From Chloropicon primus (Eukaryota), in contig CP060754.1 of the NCBI GenBank assembly GCA_023205875.1, positions 1,798,001 to 1,855,637 of the forward strand: a stretch of 57,637 nucleotides of DNA, read 5' to 3'. The notes under the pieces are model-generated. The model made no database searches, was not told the origin of the DNA, and saw nothing but the letters and a program-made list of their open reading frames with translations. The position numbers and the translations under genes were made by a program. Shown in pieces: positions 31,656 through 42,040 of this stretch; positions within the stretch are counted from its first letter, which is position 1; every line of letters begins with the position of its first letter.

Positions 31656-31895
31656 CTTTCCTCTCTTTTAGGAGACTGGGGATGGATCAGAATGACGGTC
31701 TGCAAGTTCTGATTGAAGGGATGGCTGGGTAGAAGGAAAGGTTCGCTAATGCAACTGCTGCTGCTGTTATTGTTATTGTTATTTTGTTATTCGTATTGTT
31801 TGAGTCCCGGGACACCCATCATGGCTCTTGGATGACGGACGGATGAACGCCGGTGGGGTGTGAGTGTGAGTGACCCCCTCCTCCCAGAGCTTGGT

Positions 31896-34781
31896 TCACA
31901 TCTGTGTGAGGAGGCACACAACCAGCAGGACGAGGGGCCACCAGCCCGTGACGAGAAACCAGGAGGCAAAGTAAAGAGCCAGAGCCACAGTCGGGAACCA
32001 GCCTGACAGGAACCTGAGGTCGACCCTCATGTTCTTGCTTTTGCACCACTGCACCAGGGACGAGGCAAGCTGCAGCGCGAGGTTCTCGCTGTTGTGAAGC
32101 CAGTCCGCCCCCTGGTGAGCGTCCAGGCCCAGGGTCACATTTGCCCTCTCCGAGATCCCCACCCACAGGCGGACGAGGGGCTCAATCTCGTACGAGCTCA
32201 CCGGCCGCTTCATCCAGTCGCCCTTGTACCGCTTCTGGAACGCGACGACATCGTGCCAGGTGAAAGACCGGTAGATCTGCACCTTGCTCTTCTTCTCCTT
32301 TGGCGTCCTTCTCTGGTTCCCAGGCTTGACGAACTTGAACTCAAAGCCGAAGACCCTGGTGCAAAGCCTAGCCAGCTCCTCCAGCCTCGACGAGCTCATC
32401 TTCCTGGATATGCTGAGCACATCGATGACCTGCTGCAGTTGCACCATGATCATGCTCTCCTTGGTGTGCAGGACGTCCAGGGGCACCTGGTCCCCCAGGC
32501 TGCAGCTGCTCGGGAGACCCTGCAGCGCGTACTTGTGCAGCTCGTGGTAGTCGTGGCGAATGAGCGAGAACTTCTCAAAGTACTTGCTCCCAGTCAGGCT
32601 GCCAAGGGCATGCATGTGGAGGTCCTGCTCCGTCTCCTTCAGGAAGGAGCCGAGCCTGCCTCCACTCAAGAGCGCGTCCAGCATGATGAGCAGGTCAGAG
32701 ATCGCACTCTCAGGCCTGGCGGTCGCCCTGGCATACTGCAAGTTGACGAAATACTGGACGAGTATCGTGTAGAAAGGCATGTTGGATAGAATGTGCTCCT
32801 TCCAGTCGGACCACTGCTCCGATTTTGTGGGGCTGGACCCGTTGGGAGTCTCCGGGGGCTTCTTTCCCTTCGTCAGGCTCACCGTTCTCCTGATGATTGA
32901 CATGGGCTGGTTTTTCTCCGCCCTCGCCACCCTCTTTCTCTGCACTGCCTCCCAGGGCGCAACGTAAGTCGCCCACAAGTCGATCACGGGCTTCAAGGAC
33001 ACCGACTGCTCGGACGGCCAGAGCGCGAAGCACCTCAGCAGGAAGCGGTAAAGAGCCCTCTTCGTGTTCCACAGTACCACGTACGTCTCCTGCTTGACGC
33101 TCTCGGTGGAATGACTCACCGACGAGGTGGGCGACCCCAAGCGGCTCATGCTCATGGAGCCCTGGCTTGCAGAACCGCCAGAAAGGAGAGTCAGCGAAGG
33201 AGAGCCCGCCGACATGGATGACCCCGTGCTCCCCCCTTTCACAGCAGTCGTGCAGCGGACCAGGTGCTTCACCAGCTGCTTGATGCTCGTGATAAGGTCC
33301 TGGGAGGGGCAAACGAAAGAGATCGTTCTCATGGAGGTCGCTTCCACCTGATTGACGTCCGAGAGCCAAAACTCCATCATCACATCCAACATGAATTGTC
33401 TCTTCGCCGCAGAGTACCTCGCCAGCGGCCCAGTGCTGGGCACCGCTTTTGCTGCAGAGTTCGGGGAGGACATGCCCATGGGGCCCAGGCCGTGCATCTC
33501 GCCAAAGGCCCTCGGGCCCGAGGGTGCCTGAAATCGAATGTAGGCCTTAATGTAGGCGTCCAGAAGATCCTTGTACACCGCCGTGGAGGTCTTGGTCTGC
33601 TTGGGGCTGCTGCTCCCGGAGAAGAGCTCCTTTGCGGTCCCCGTGAAGGCGTTCCAAGAAAGGTTGGAGAGGTCGTTCAAGTTGGCCATCGGCGTCCTTT
33701 GCGTGCTGTAGGCGCCCGAGGAAGTCCCCGAGCCACTTCCCGGCTCCTGAATGGCGTAGAACACGAGCCAACTGACAAAGTACTCCCACAGCGAGAGCCT
33801 CACTTCCGTCTTGGTCCCGTAGGAGGAGGCGTGCCCCCCGGTCCTCCCCACCTTGCCACTCCCCGCGAAGCTGCCGCTGCTCCCTCCTTCCCCCGCTATG
33901 GTTTGCTGAAGCCTCCCCCTGTAGTGCGGGAGGGCCGCCACAAGCTTCTCTTGCCCTTGCCTGAGTAAGCTCTGCGTCCTCGCCACGCCCGCCACGGCAG
34001 GGAGGGTCTCTATCGGAAAGGTGAAGCCATGGGGGTACAAGCTCCTTTCGTCCGCCTCGATCACGGCCGTCATCAGGACGCCGGAGGGATCGAGGAGCCT
34101 CCTGAGGTGCCTCGCGTCCGAGTTGTGGCTGCTGGAGCTCGAGGTGGATCGCGACAGGCTGACCAGGTAAAGCCACGACTTGCCCTTTGGCTTCCCCAGG
34201 CCGAAGACCTCCTGGAGAAGGAGCCGGAAAATATTGTCGAAAAAGGCCCTGTGGTCGTCGCAGTTTTGGTTCAACCAGGTCTCCACCCCAACGCACGCCT
34301 TCGCTATCCCAGTGCTCGGCGTGCTGCTCATGCTTCCGCTCACCCCGCCCTTGGACGTCGACGAGGCGGAGCTCGCGACCTTGCCTATCCCCATCACTGT
34401 CCCGCTCAGGCCGCTGTACACGGACCTGGTTTGGCTCTTGCAAGCTCCCAGGATCCAGGTGCGAAGGTCGTCCAGGCTGAGGGGAGACCCCCCGCCCAGG
34501 GCCCCTCCCTGCCTCTGCGCCTTGGCCCTCGACTCCGTCGACCCCCTCTCTCCACCTCCCCCGGCCCTGCTCTCCTCGCCCCTCGGAGTCGCGGGCGACA
34601 TTGAGCCCCTTGCGGGGGTCCCCATGGTGTTGAGCTTGGCCTGGCTGCCTCCTCCCCACCCCTTGGCCCTGTCGTCCCGGAACGGGGTGGTGTAGGCGCT
34701 CGTGCTCGCTCCCGCGGTGCTCCGTTGCTGCGTGCGCTCTCGGTCATGCTCCGGTCGAGCGTGATGCGTTGGAGTGAACAT
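31896..34781 (-). CDS. Sphingomyelin phosphodiesterase 4 (SMPD4)-like protein
   Basis: LYRFL..CF..WP, LWATYVAPW, YKGDWMKRPVSSYEIEPLVR, RVDLRFL and a C-terminal TM anchor. Confidence 0.7.
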   Translation of the reverse strand: MFTPTHHARPEHDRERTQQRSTAGASTSAYTTPFRDDRAKGWGGGSQAKLNTMGTPARGSMSPATPRGEESRAGGGGERGSTESRAKAQRQGGALGGGSPLSLDDLRTWILGACKSQTRSVYSGLSGTVMGIGKVASSASSTSKGGVSGSMSSTPSTGIAKACVGVETWLNQNCDDHRAFFDNIFRLLLQEVFGLGKPKGKSWLYLVSLSRSTSSSSSHNSDARHLRRLLDPSGVLMTAVIEADERSLYPHGFTFPIETLPAVAGVARTQSLLRQGQEKLVAALPHYRGRLQQTIAGEGGSSGSFAGSGKVGRTGGHASSYGTKTEVRLSLWEYFVSWLVFYAIQEPGSGSGTSSGAYSTQRTPMANLNDLSNLSWNAFTGTAKELFSGSSSPKQTKTSTAVYKDLLDAYIKAYIRFQAPSGPRAFGEMHGLGPMGMSSPNSAAKAVPSTGPLARYSAAKRQFMLDVMMEFWLSDVNQVEATSMRTISFVCPSQDLITSIKQLVKHLVRCTTAVKGGSTGSSMSAGSPSLTLLSGGSASQGSMSMSRLGSPTSSVSHSTESVKQETYVVLWNTKRALYRFLLRCFALWPSEQSVSLKPVIDLWATYVAPWEAVQRKRVARAEKNQPMSIIRRTVSLTKGKKPPETPNGSSPTKSEQWSDWKEHILSNMPFYTILVQYFVNLQYARATARPESAISDLLIMLDALLSGGRLGSFLKETEQDLHMHALGSLTGSKYFEKFSLIRHDYHELHKYALQGLPSSCSLGDQVPLDVLHTKESMIMVQLQQVIDVLSISRKMSSSRLEELARLCTRVFGFEFKFVKPGNQRRTPKEKKSKVQIYRSFTWHDVVAFQKRYKGDWMKRPVSSYEIEPLVRLWVGISERANVTLGLDAHQGADWLHNSENLALQLASSLVQWCKSKNMRVDLRFLSGWFPTVALALYFASWFLVTGWWPLVLLVVCLLTQM

Positions 34782-35039
34782 GGTGCGCAACCCGCACGAC
34801 GCAAAGTCCTTCCCTTCCTCTTCTCTTCTTCTCTTCTCTCTCTTCTGGTCTGCGCGCCGTCGTCCAAAATCAAACGATGGCGATGGCGATGGGAGAGGAG
34901 AGGAGGAGGAGGAGGGGAGGGAGAACAAGAGTCCCGGTCCCGACCCACAAACAAATAAGCAAATAAACAAATCAAGGAAGGATGGATTCTCATGATTACA
35001 ACTCCCGAAAAAGCAACGAAAGAATGACTGACTGACCGA

Positions 35040-36248
35040 CTACTTGTTGAAGTTCACAGTAAAGCTGACGTAGGGAAAGACCTCGTCGTTCCCCGCACCA
35101 CCCGGTGCCTTCTCGTCCCCTTCCGCCCCTTTCCTCCAGTGGTTGCTCACGTGCTTGCTGAACTGGTTCGCGAGGACAGCCCTGACCTTGATTTCGCACC
35201 TCTTGTTCGGCTTGAGCACGGCCGCCTGGAAGCTCGGGGGCAGGCCGTACCTCAGAATGCTCTCCACGAAGATCCTGATGGTCAGCATGTGCATCCAAGA
35301 GTTGAGGATCTCCTTGTACGCGGTGAGGGACCACTCCACGAGCTGGACCTCCATCTCCTGGCACTCCTGCTTCATCTGGACCAGGGACTCCTTCTCCTCC
35401 ACCAGCGCCTGCTGGTCGAGCTTGAACTCCCTCACCTGGAAACCCTTCTCCCTGGCCGCCGTCTTGAACGTGTCCACCATCTTTGCGAACACCACGACCC
35501 TCATCAAGATGTAGTCCTTGTCCTGAGCGACCTCCTTCGCGCTCCTGGGCACGGCCGTGCTGATGTGGCTGGACCTGCCCTCGGCGTTGATGAAAGAGAA
35601 GTTGGACCACTTCTCGTACGTCTTGAGGAAGTCCTTCTTGGAGGACACGGGGACCACCAGGAAGCAAGTGCACAGGTTCTCCGTGCTCACGTAGTCGTCC
35701 TCGGCGATCAGGCTCCCGATCTCCCTCACGGCAAGGGACCCCTGGGACTTGCGGGACAGGGCGGCCAGGTTCGCCCTCGCGGAGGAGAACTCGCTCAGCT
35801 TCACCTTCAAGGCGTCGTCGGTCCTGTGAACGCCGTCCATGACCCTGGTCACGAGGTCCTTGAGCGGCCTGTTGCTAGGGAACTTGGCCTCGTTCCACTC
35901 GAAGGACTCCACGGCCTCCGCGTCCTCGTGGCTCAGGTCGTCCACGTTGGCGAAGCTGTCACCGTGGCCGCCGCTCGTCGTGGTCGCGTGCTCGATGCAC
36001 TGTCGCCTCAACTTGGCGCACGTCCCTTCTATCGCTTGAGTGTCCCTCGCGAGCTCGTCGCTCAGCTCCAGAAGCGAGTCCAGCGTCCCGACCCTCAAGG
36101 TGTCTGGCACGTTCAGCTTGAAGTTCGTGCTCAAGTCCTGCGCGTACACGGTGTTCTGCTGCACGGAGTCCCAAGTCGCCTCCGCGCTCCCGCCAAGGAC
36201 TGGAAGCGAGACTACCCAGTAGACTCCGTCCCCCTCCTCGTACACCAT
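35040..36248 (-). CDS. VHA-C: V-type ATPase subunit C
   Basis: LRVGTLDSLLELSDEL, FEWNEAKFP, GSLAVR, RIFVESILRYGLPP, FPYVSFT. Confidence 0.93.
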   Translation of the reverse strand: MVYEEGDGVYWVVSLPVLGGSAEATWDSVQQNTVYAQDLSTNFKLNVPDTLRVGTLDSLLELSDELARDTQAIEGTCAKLRRQCIEHATTTSGGHGDSFANVDDLSHEDAEAVESFEWNEAKFPSNRPLKDLVTRVMDGVHRTDDALKVKLSEFSSARANLAALSRKSQGSLAVREIGSLIAEDDYVSTENLCTCFLVVPVSSKKDFLKTYEKWSNFSFINAEGRSSHISTAVPRSAKEVAQDKDYILMRVVVFAKMVDTFKTAAREKGFQVREFKLDQQALVEEKESLVQMKQECQEMEVQLVEWSLTAYKEILNSWMHMLTIRIFVESILRYGLPPSFQAAVLKPNKRCEIKVRAVLANQFSKHVSNHWRKGAEGDEKAPGGAGNDEVFPYVSFTVNFNK

Positions 36249-36946
36249 GGTCACTTATCCCTTCGCCTTCCTTTCTCGCTTCCTTCCCTCGTCCTCGTCC
36301 TCGTCCTCGTCCTCCTCGTCGTTTCCCTCTCCTCTCTTTAGGTTTATGGCGCTCTTCCTCTTCCTCCCAAGTGATGGATGAAGTCGAGGCGAACAGGAGG
36401 GGATGATGATGATGATGATGATGAGGAGGAGGAGGAGGAGGAGGAGGAGGAGGAGGGGGAGGAGGACGGACCCACAATCTATCCCTACTCAACTCTCTCT
36501 CTCTCTCACTTTCCAAAGAGGAAGAAAAAAGGAAGGGGAGGGAGGAAAGGGACGAGCGAGCGAGCGAGGCGGTACACAATGCGATACAATACAACCAACA
36601 CCAACACAACACAAGCGCAATGCAAGAATATTTAGTGTACATCCATCTATCGGTACAAGAACATGGGGTCAAACTGCACCATTCGGCTCCCCGCAGAAGC
36701 GCAACCCGCACCCCAAGAAACCACCTGTGCCTGCACATACCGGAAAGACGAATCATGAAATAATTAGAAGAGACCACAGCAAACGCGACGCCTTCCCGCC
36801 CCCTAATGACGCCAAGGCCTCCTCTCCCGCAACGAGAGCCTGATCCTGCGTGAAACGACGAATCAGTGGGAGTGGAGGCGGCACTGCCTTTGCGCCTCCT
36901 CCGCTCCCTCGGTTGCTTGGTTACGCCTCGCCTTCAACAATTCTGC

Positions 36947-37422
36947 TCATTCCTTCTTGTCGGTGTTCCACACGTTCTCACTCCTGGTGGCGAACTGCAA
37001 CGATGGAGAACGCATGGTTTGGGATGGGAGAGAGGGGGGTGAGCGATCCGAGGTCAGTGTTGGCCAGCGAGAGTCTCTGGATGCGTGAGGGAGACACTCA
37101 CCTCGTAGCCGACCATGGGGGTGTCGCCGACGACCCACCCGTCGTGCCCTGGAGGAATGTAGAAGGAATCGCCGGCGTTGAAGGTCTGCTCGGTTCCGTC
37201 TTCCATCTTGACGCACATGGATCCCTCCGTGACGACGCCGCAGTGCGCGACCTGGCAGGAGTCCGTTCCCGCGAGTGGCTTGATGCACTCGCTCCACTTC
37301 CAACCTGGCTGCACGGTGAGCTTGCTTATCCTAAAGTTGGAGTGGATGTTTGTCACTACTTGCGCCTTGGGGAAGTCCTTGACATCTCCCTGTCCGAAAG
37401 TCTGCTTCTCGAGCGGCGGCAT
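36947..37422 (-). CDS. Small cupin-domain protein of a prokaryote-like family; intron 36995-37101
   Basis: QPGWKWSECIKPLAGTDSCQVAHCG...GDSFYIPPGHDGWVVGD. A GTGAGT..CTGAC..TTGCAG intron joins YE-FATRSENVWNTDKKE*. Confidence 0.8.
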
Positions 37423-38012
37423 CTTGTTCTTGTTCTTGATCTTGTTCTTGATCTTGTTCTTGTTCTTGTTGTTGTTGTTCTCGTCTCTCTCTCTCTCCAA
37501 GTTGTATCTGCTGTTCTTGCGCGGTTTGTCCAAACTCCAAAGGTGTTGACGTGGGGGGTCCCGTGCCCCCTTTTCCCAAGGAGGATACGATACTCCCTTG
37601 TGAGTGTAATCAACAATTCACCACTACCACTACCACTACTACTACTACTCATAGACCTGTGCCAATGCAATGCAAGGCGAGTGGTCGTTGTCCTAGTGGT
37701 TGTGCTGGTGGTTGTGCTGGTCGTTCTTTCTCTGTTGTTCTCCGTTGTTCCCTATATCCTGCTTGTAGTACTCTTTCTTATTGTTTCACTTTGGATCCCA
37801 AAGCCCAACCATCGCCTCGGCCTTCCTCTGCCTCGAGAGATAGTAGAGTTTTCCTCCCTCCCTGTCCTGTTCTTGTCCGTGGGATGAGCGCCCTCAAAAT
37901 CCTATCCTCTGAGCGCCACAAAAAAAAAAGAAGAGGGGCGGGGGGCGGGGGGCAGTGGGGGATCGTTCTCGTTCTCGTTCTCGTTCTCGTCGTTGTTGTT
38001 GTTGTCGTCACT

Positions 38013-39586
38013 ATGGCTATGGCGACGCAGCTGGTGACGAGGGCAATACTCAGCCTGAGGAACCAAACCAAACTAAAAACAAACACGACGACAACCGCAA
38101 CAACAAACACGACGACACTATGGGGACGACTGGGAAGGAACCAAAACAAAAACCAAAACCGGGCGGCGGGGACACTCCTTCTCGGGGGAGAGGAACAACC
38201 CTCCGCATCCGCATCCGCCTCGGCTTCCGCATCCGCCTCATCCTCGGCCCCGCACTACGGTGGTCGTAGGAACGGTGCGTGGTGGAGGAATGGTGCGGCG
38301 TGCTTCAGCAGCACGCCCCTCGCCAAGAACGACGCCGCCTCCGCCCCGGGGAAGAAGGACGGTTCGCGGCTGGCCAAGCTGAGGCAGGCGCTGGAGGATG
38401 AGGACGAGTCGCTGGACTTCTTCGCCGCGGCCTCCGGAGGGCACCTGGAGTTCTCCTACAGCGTGAGCGCCCCGACGCCCAAGCAGCAGAAGAAGCAGCA
38501 GCTGAGGAAGCCCGACTGGCTCAAGCACAAGAAGCTGCCGGGGGGGGACCGGTTCGTGAAGCTGCGGAAGAAGCTGCGGACGCTGAACTTGGCGACGGTG
38601 TGCGAGGAGGCCCGGTGCCCGAACCTCGGGGAGTGCTGGGGAGGGGACGAGGGCAGCGACACCCCGGCCACGGCCACGATCATGCTCTTGGGGGACACTT
38701 GCACGAGAGCCTGTCGCTTCTGCGCGGTGAAGACGAGCCGCACCCCGCCTCCACCCGATCCTTCCGAGCCCGAAAAGGTCGCCTCCGCGGTGAGCGAGTG
38801 GGGCATCGGCTACGTCGTGTTCACGACCGTGGATAGGGACGATCTGGAGGACCAGGGGGCCTCGCACATCAGCAAGACGGTGGCCAGGCTCAAGGAGCTC
38901 TCGGGCGGGAGCATCAAGGTCGAGGCGCTGGTTGGGGACTTTAACGGCAAGTTGGAGGACGTGGAGACGGTCGCAACCTCGGGACTGGACGTCTTCGCGC
39001 ACAACATGGAGACGGTGGAGAAGTTGCAAGGCATCGTGAGGGATCGGAGGGCGAACTGGAAGCAGTCCTTGGCGGTGCTGCAGCACGCCAAGAAGGCGGC
39101 GGAGGCTCAGAACAAGGACCTCATCACGAAGACGTCCCTCATGCTGGGGCTCGGGGAGACGAAGGAGGAGGTCATCGCCGCGCTGAGGACGCTCCGCGCG
39201 CACCAGGTCGATGTCGTGACGCTAGGACAGTACATGAGGCCCACGAAGAGGCACATGCCCGTTGCGGAGTACGTCACGCCGGAGGCCTTTGAGGCCTACA
39301 AGAAGGTAAGTAGTCCGAAGCGCCCGAAGCGCCCGCGCGCTCGATAATGTCGTAGGAGTGCGCCCTAACCATGGCGGTCTGTTTGGGTTCCTCCTCTCTC
39401 CACCCCTCTTCGAAAAACGCTCAGGTCGCCGAGTCGCTGGGCTTTCTCTACGTGGCTTCTGGTCCAATGGTGAGGTCGTCCTACAGGGCAGGCGAGTACT
39501 TCATGGAGAACCACTTGAAGCAGAGGGAGAAGGAAAGAGAAGCCGAGCAGTCGGCCACGGAGCAAAGAAAGCAGCAGCTGGGGTGA
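38013..39586 (+). CDS. lipA: Lipoyl synthase (radical SAM), probably mitochondrial; intron 39306-39424
   Basis: [12 protein letters not shown] (CX4CX5C), CTRACRFC (CX3CX2C), GQYMRPT, and [14 protein letters not shown] after splicing. Confidence 0.95.
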
Positions 39587-39589
39587 ATG

Positions 39590-39697
39590 TATTGGGGTTG
39601 TCTGTGATGAAAAACCTTATTTGGCTCTCATCAAGCCAAGTTAACGTCTGAGCGCATTCTGATGGCGGAATCTAAGGGTCTGAGACACATCCCAATA
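39590..39697 (+). ncRNA. Box C/D snoRNA, copy 1 (predicted 18S rRNA 2'-O-methylation guide)
   Basis: Box C GTGATGA at 39604, D' CTGA, C'-like CTGATGG, box D CTGA at 39680; terminal stem tattgggg-ttgtct / agaca-catcccaata; guide ATCTAAGGGT is complementary to conserved SSU GCCCUUAGAU. Confidence 0.8.
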
Positions 39698-39785
39698 CGT
39701 TCTACATCCTTGACGTTTTTTTCTTTTCGCTTCACTTGTAGTTTTATTTTTTGTAAGCAAACGCAGCAGCTTTGGGGGCGAATTC

Positions 39786-39893
39786 TATTGGGGTTGTCTG
39801 TGATGAAAAACCTTATTTGGCTCTCATCAAGCCAAGTTAACGTCTGAGCGCATTCTGATGGCGGAATCTAAGGGTCTGAGACACATCCCAATA
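39786..39893 (+). ncRNA. Box C/D snoRNA, copy 2 (identical to copy 1)
   Basis: Exact repeat offset by 196 bp; box C at 39800, box D at 39876. Confidence 0.8.
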
Positions 39894-39992
39894 CGTTCTA
39901 TCCAAAATGTATGCTATTTCATGTAGTTTTATGTCAGCCCACGTGTAAGCCAGTAGTCTCTTTGCTTCCAAATCCTTCGCAAGCCACTCCTC

Positions 39993-41558
39993 TTAAAGGA
40001 TGTTGAGGTTCTTTCCAACGTTCACGAACTCCTGGATGGCCTTGTCCAGGTGCTCCCTGGTGTGGGCGCCAGAGATCTGAACTCTTATCCGGGCCTTCTC
40101 CTTGGGCACCACAGGGTAACTGAACCCAACAACGTAGACGCCCCTCTCAAGCATCTGCTCGGCCATGTCGTGAGCCACCTTGGCGTCCCCAAGCATGATG
40201 GGAACGATGGGGTGGTCTCCGTCGTTAATGGCGAACCCAGCTTCCTTCATCTTGGACCTGAAGTACATCGTGTTCTCCTCAAGCCTGTCCCTCAAGGAAG
40301 TGTCGCTGGAGATTAAGTCGAAGACCTTGCTGCAGGCAGCCACCATGGGGGGGGCCAGGGTGTTGCTGAAGAGGTAAGGCCTGGCCTTCTGGCGAAGCAA
40401 GTCGACAATCTCCTGCCTGCCGGTGGTGTATCCTCCGGTGCCGCCGCCGAGCGCCTTTCCGAGCGTGGAGTTGACAATGTCCACGGTTCCGGGCTCGAGT
40501 CCGCAGTACTCCTCCGTTCCTGGGATTCCAAAGTCAAGGGACGAGGTCAGGGAAACAGCGTGGTTAGTCAATGCCATGCAAGTCAAGTTCAAGGGCCCGG
40601 GTCTTAGGTTTTAGGACACATTACACACACACACAAACACACACACAAACACAAACAAGAAAAAGCGCGTTGTTCACTCACCTCTTCCAGTCTTTCCGAG
40701 GAACCCGGTGGCGTGGCACTCATCCACGAACACCAAGGCGTTGTACTTCTTCGCCAGAGTCATGATGTCCTGCAGGGGGGCAACGTGGCCGTCCATGGAG
40801 AAGACTCCGTCCGTAGCAATGAGCCTCTGCCTCGCCGTCTGCGCAGCGATCAGCTTGTCCTCCAGGTCCGTCATGTCCAGGTGCTTGTACCTGTGCCTCT
40901 GGGCCTTGCAAAGCCTGATCCCGTCGATGATGCTGGCGTGGTTGAGCTCGTCGGACAAGACGGCGTCGTCCTTGGTGAGAAGGACCTCGAACAGGCCAGC
41001 GTTGGCGTCGAAGCAGGAGGGGTACAAGATCGTGTCGTCGGTGCCGTGGAACGAGCTGATCTTGCTCTCGAGCTCCAGGTGAATGTCCTGGGTTCCGCAG
41101 ATGAACCTCACGGAGGAGAGGCCGAAGCCATGCGTGCCGAGGGCCTCCTTGGCTGCCTCCACCATGGCAGGGTGGTTGGACAGACCGAGGTAGTTGTTCG
41201 CGCACATGTTGACGACCTCCTCCTGCTTGTCGTTCTCCCTGATGCTGACGACCATCTCCTGGGGCCCGGTGATCACGCGCTCGCGCTTGAAGGTCCCCGA
41301 GTCCTTCATCTCCTTGAGGCTCTCGCCCACCACGAGCCTGAGGATCTCCAGGGCCTTCCCCTCGTCCTCCTTGGCCGCCCCGGCCCCGGTTGCCATCCCC
41401 CTGGAGCTCACATACGGCACCTGCGCCTCCGCCTTCTCCTTCTCTCCAGCGCCGTTGTTGTTGGTGCTGCTGGAGTAGGTCCTGGTGGCAATCGTGACCC
41501 CCCTCGAGGTGTTCCTCCTCACCAGGCCCACCGTCCCCAACAAAGCGTTGCTCCACAT
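39993..41558 (-). CDS. kbl: 2-amino-3-ketobutyrate CoA ligase (glycine C-acetyltransferase), mitochondrial; intron 40520-40681
   Basis: [55 protein letters not shown]. Splicing restores GKTGRG-TEEYCG. Confidence 0.93.
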
Positions 41559-41731
41559 TGTTCTCGCCCTCCTTGTTTTATGTCCTCGTTCCTCGCCGCA
41601 CACAAGCTCGTCGTCTTGTCTCTCGTCTTGGTCCTTATGGACGCCAACGCAAGCCTCGTCGCGTGGTGTCTTGGGTTTGTACGACGAGGTTTCCCTCGGG
41701 CCCTCCCAGGCTTCCCTGGTCTCCCCCACCG

Positions 41732-41770
41732 AAACCCTAAACCCTAAACCCCTAAAAAACCCTAAACCCT
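41732..41770 (+). promoter_or_regulatory. Telo-box-like (AAACCCT)n cluster in the divergent kbl/folD promoter
   Basis: aaaccctaaaccctaaacccctaaaaaaccctaaaccct. Confidence 0.5.
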
Positions 41771-42040
41771 GAGGGACGGGGAGGAGACACGTTTTGATCC
41801 CACGTTGTCCTGGGGAGGCCGCCAGAGGGTGGACTACCGAGACAACCATAACCGTAACCGTAACCGAGACACCGTAGTGAGTCACCGGTCACACACACAC
41901 ACACACACACACACACGCGCACACACGCACACACACACACACCTAGCAGGCCAAGGCCAAGGACGAGACCACCGCCTGCCCGAGGAGAGAGGAGAGAGGA
42001 GAGAGGAGAGAGGAGAGAGGAGACCACGAGACGTAGATAC

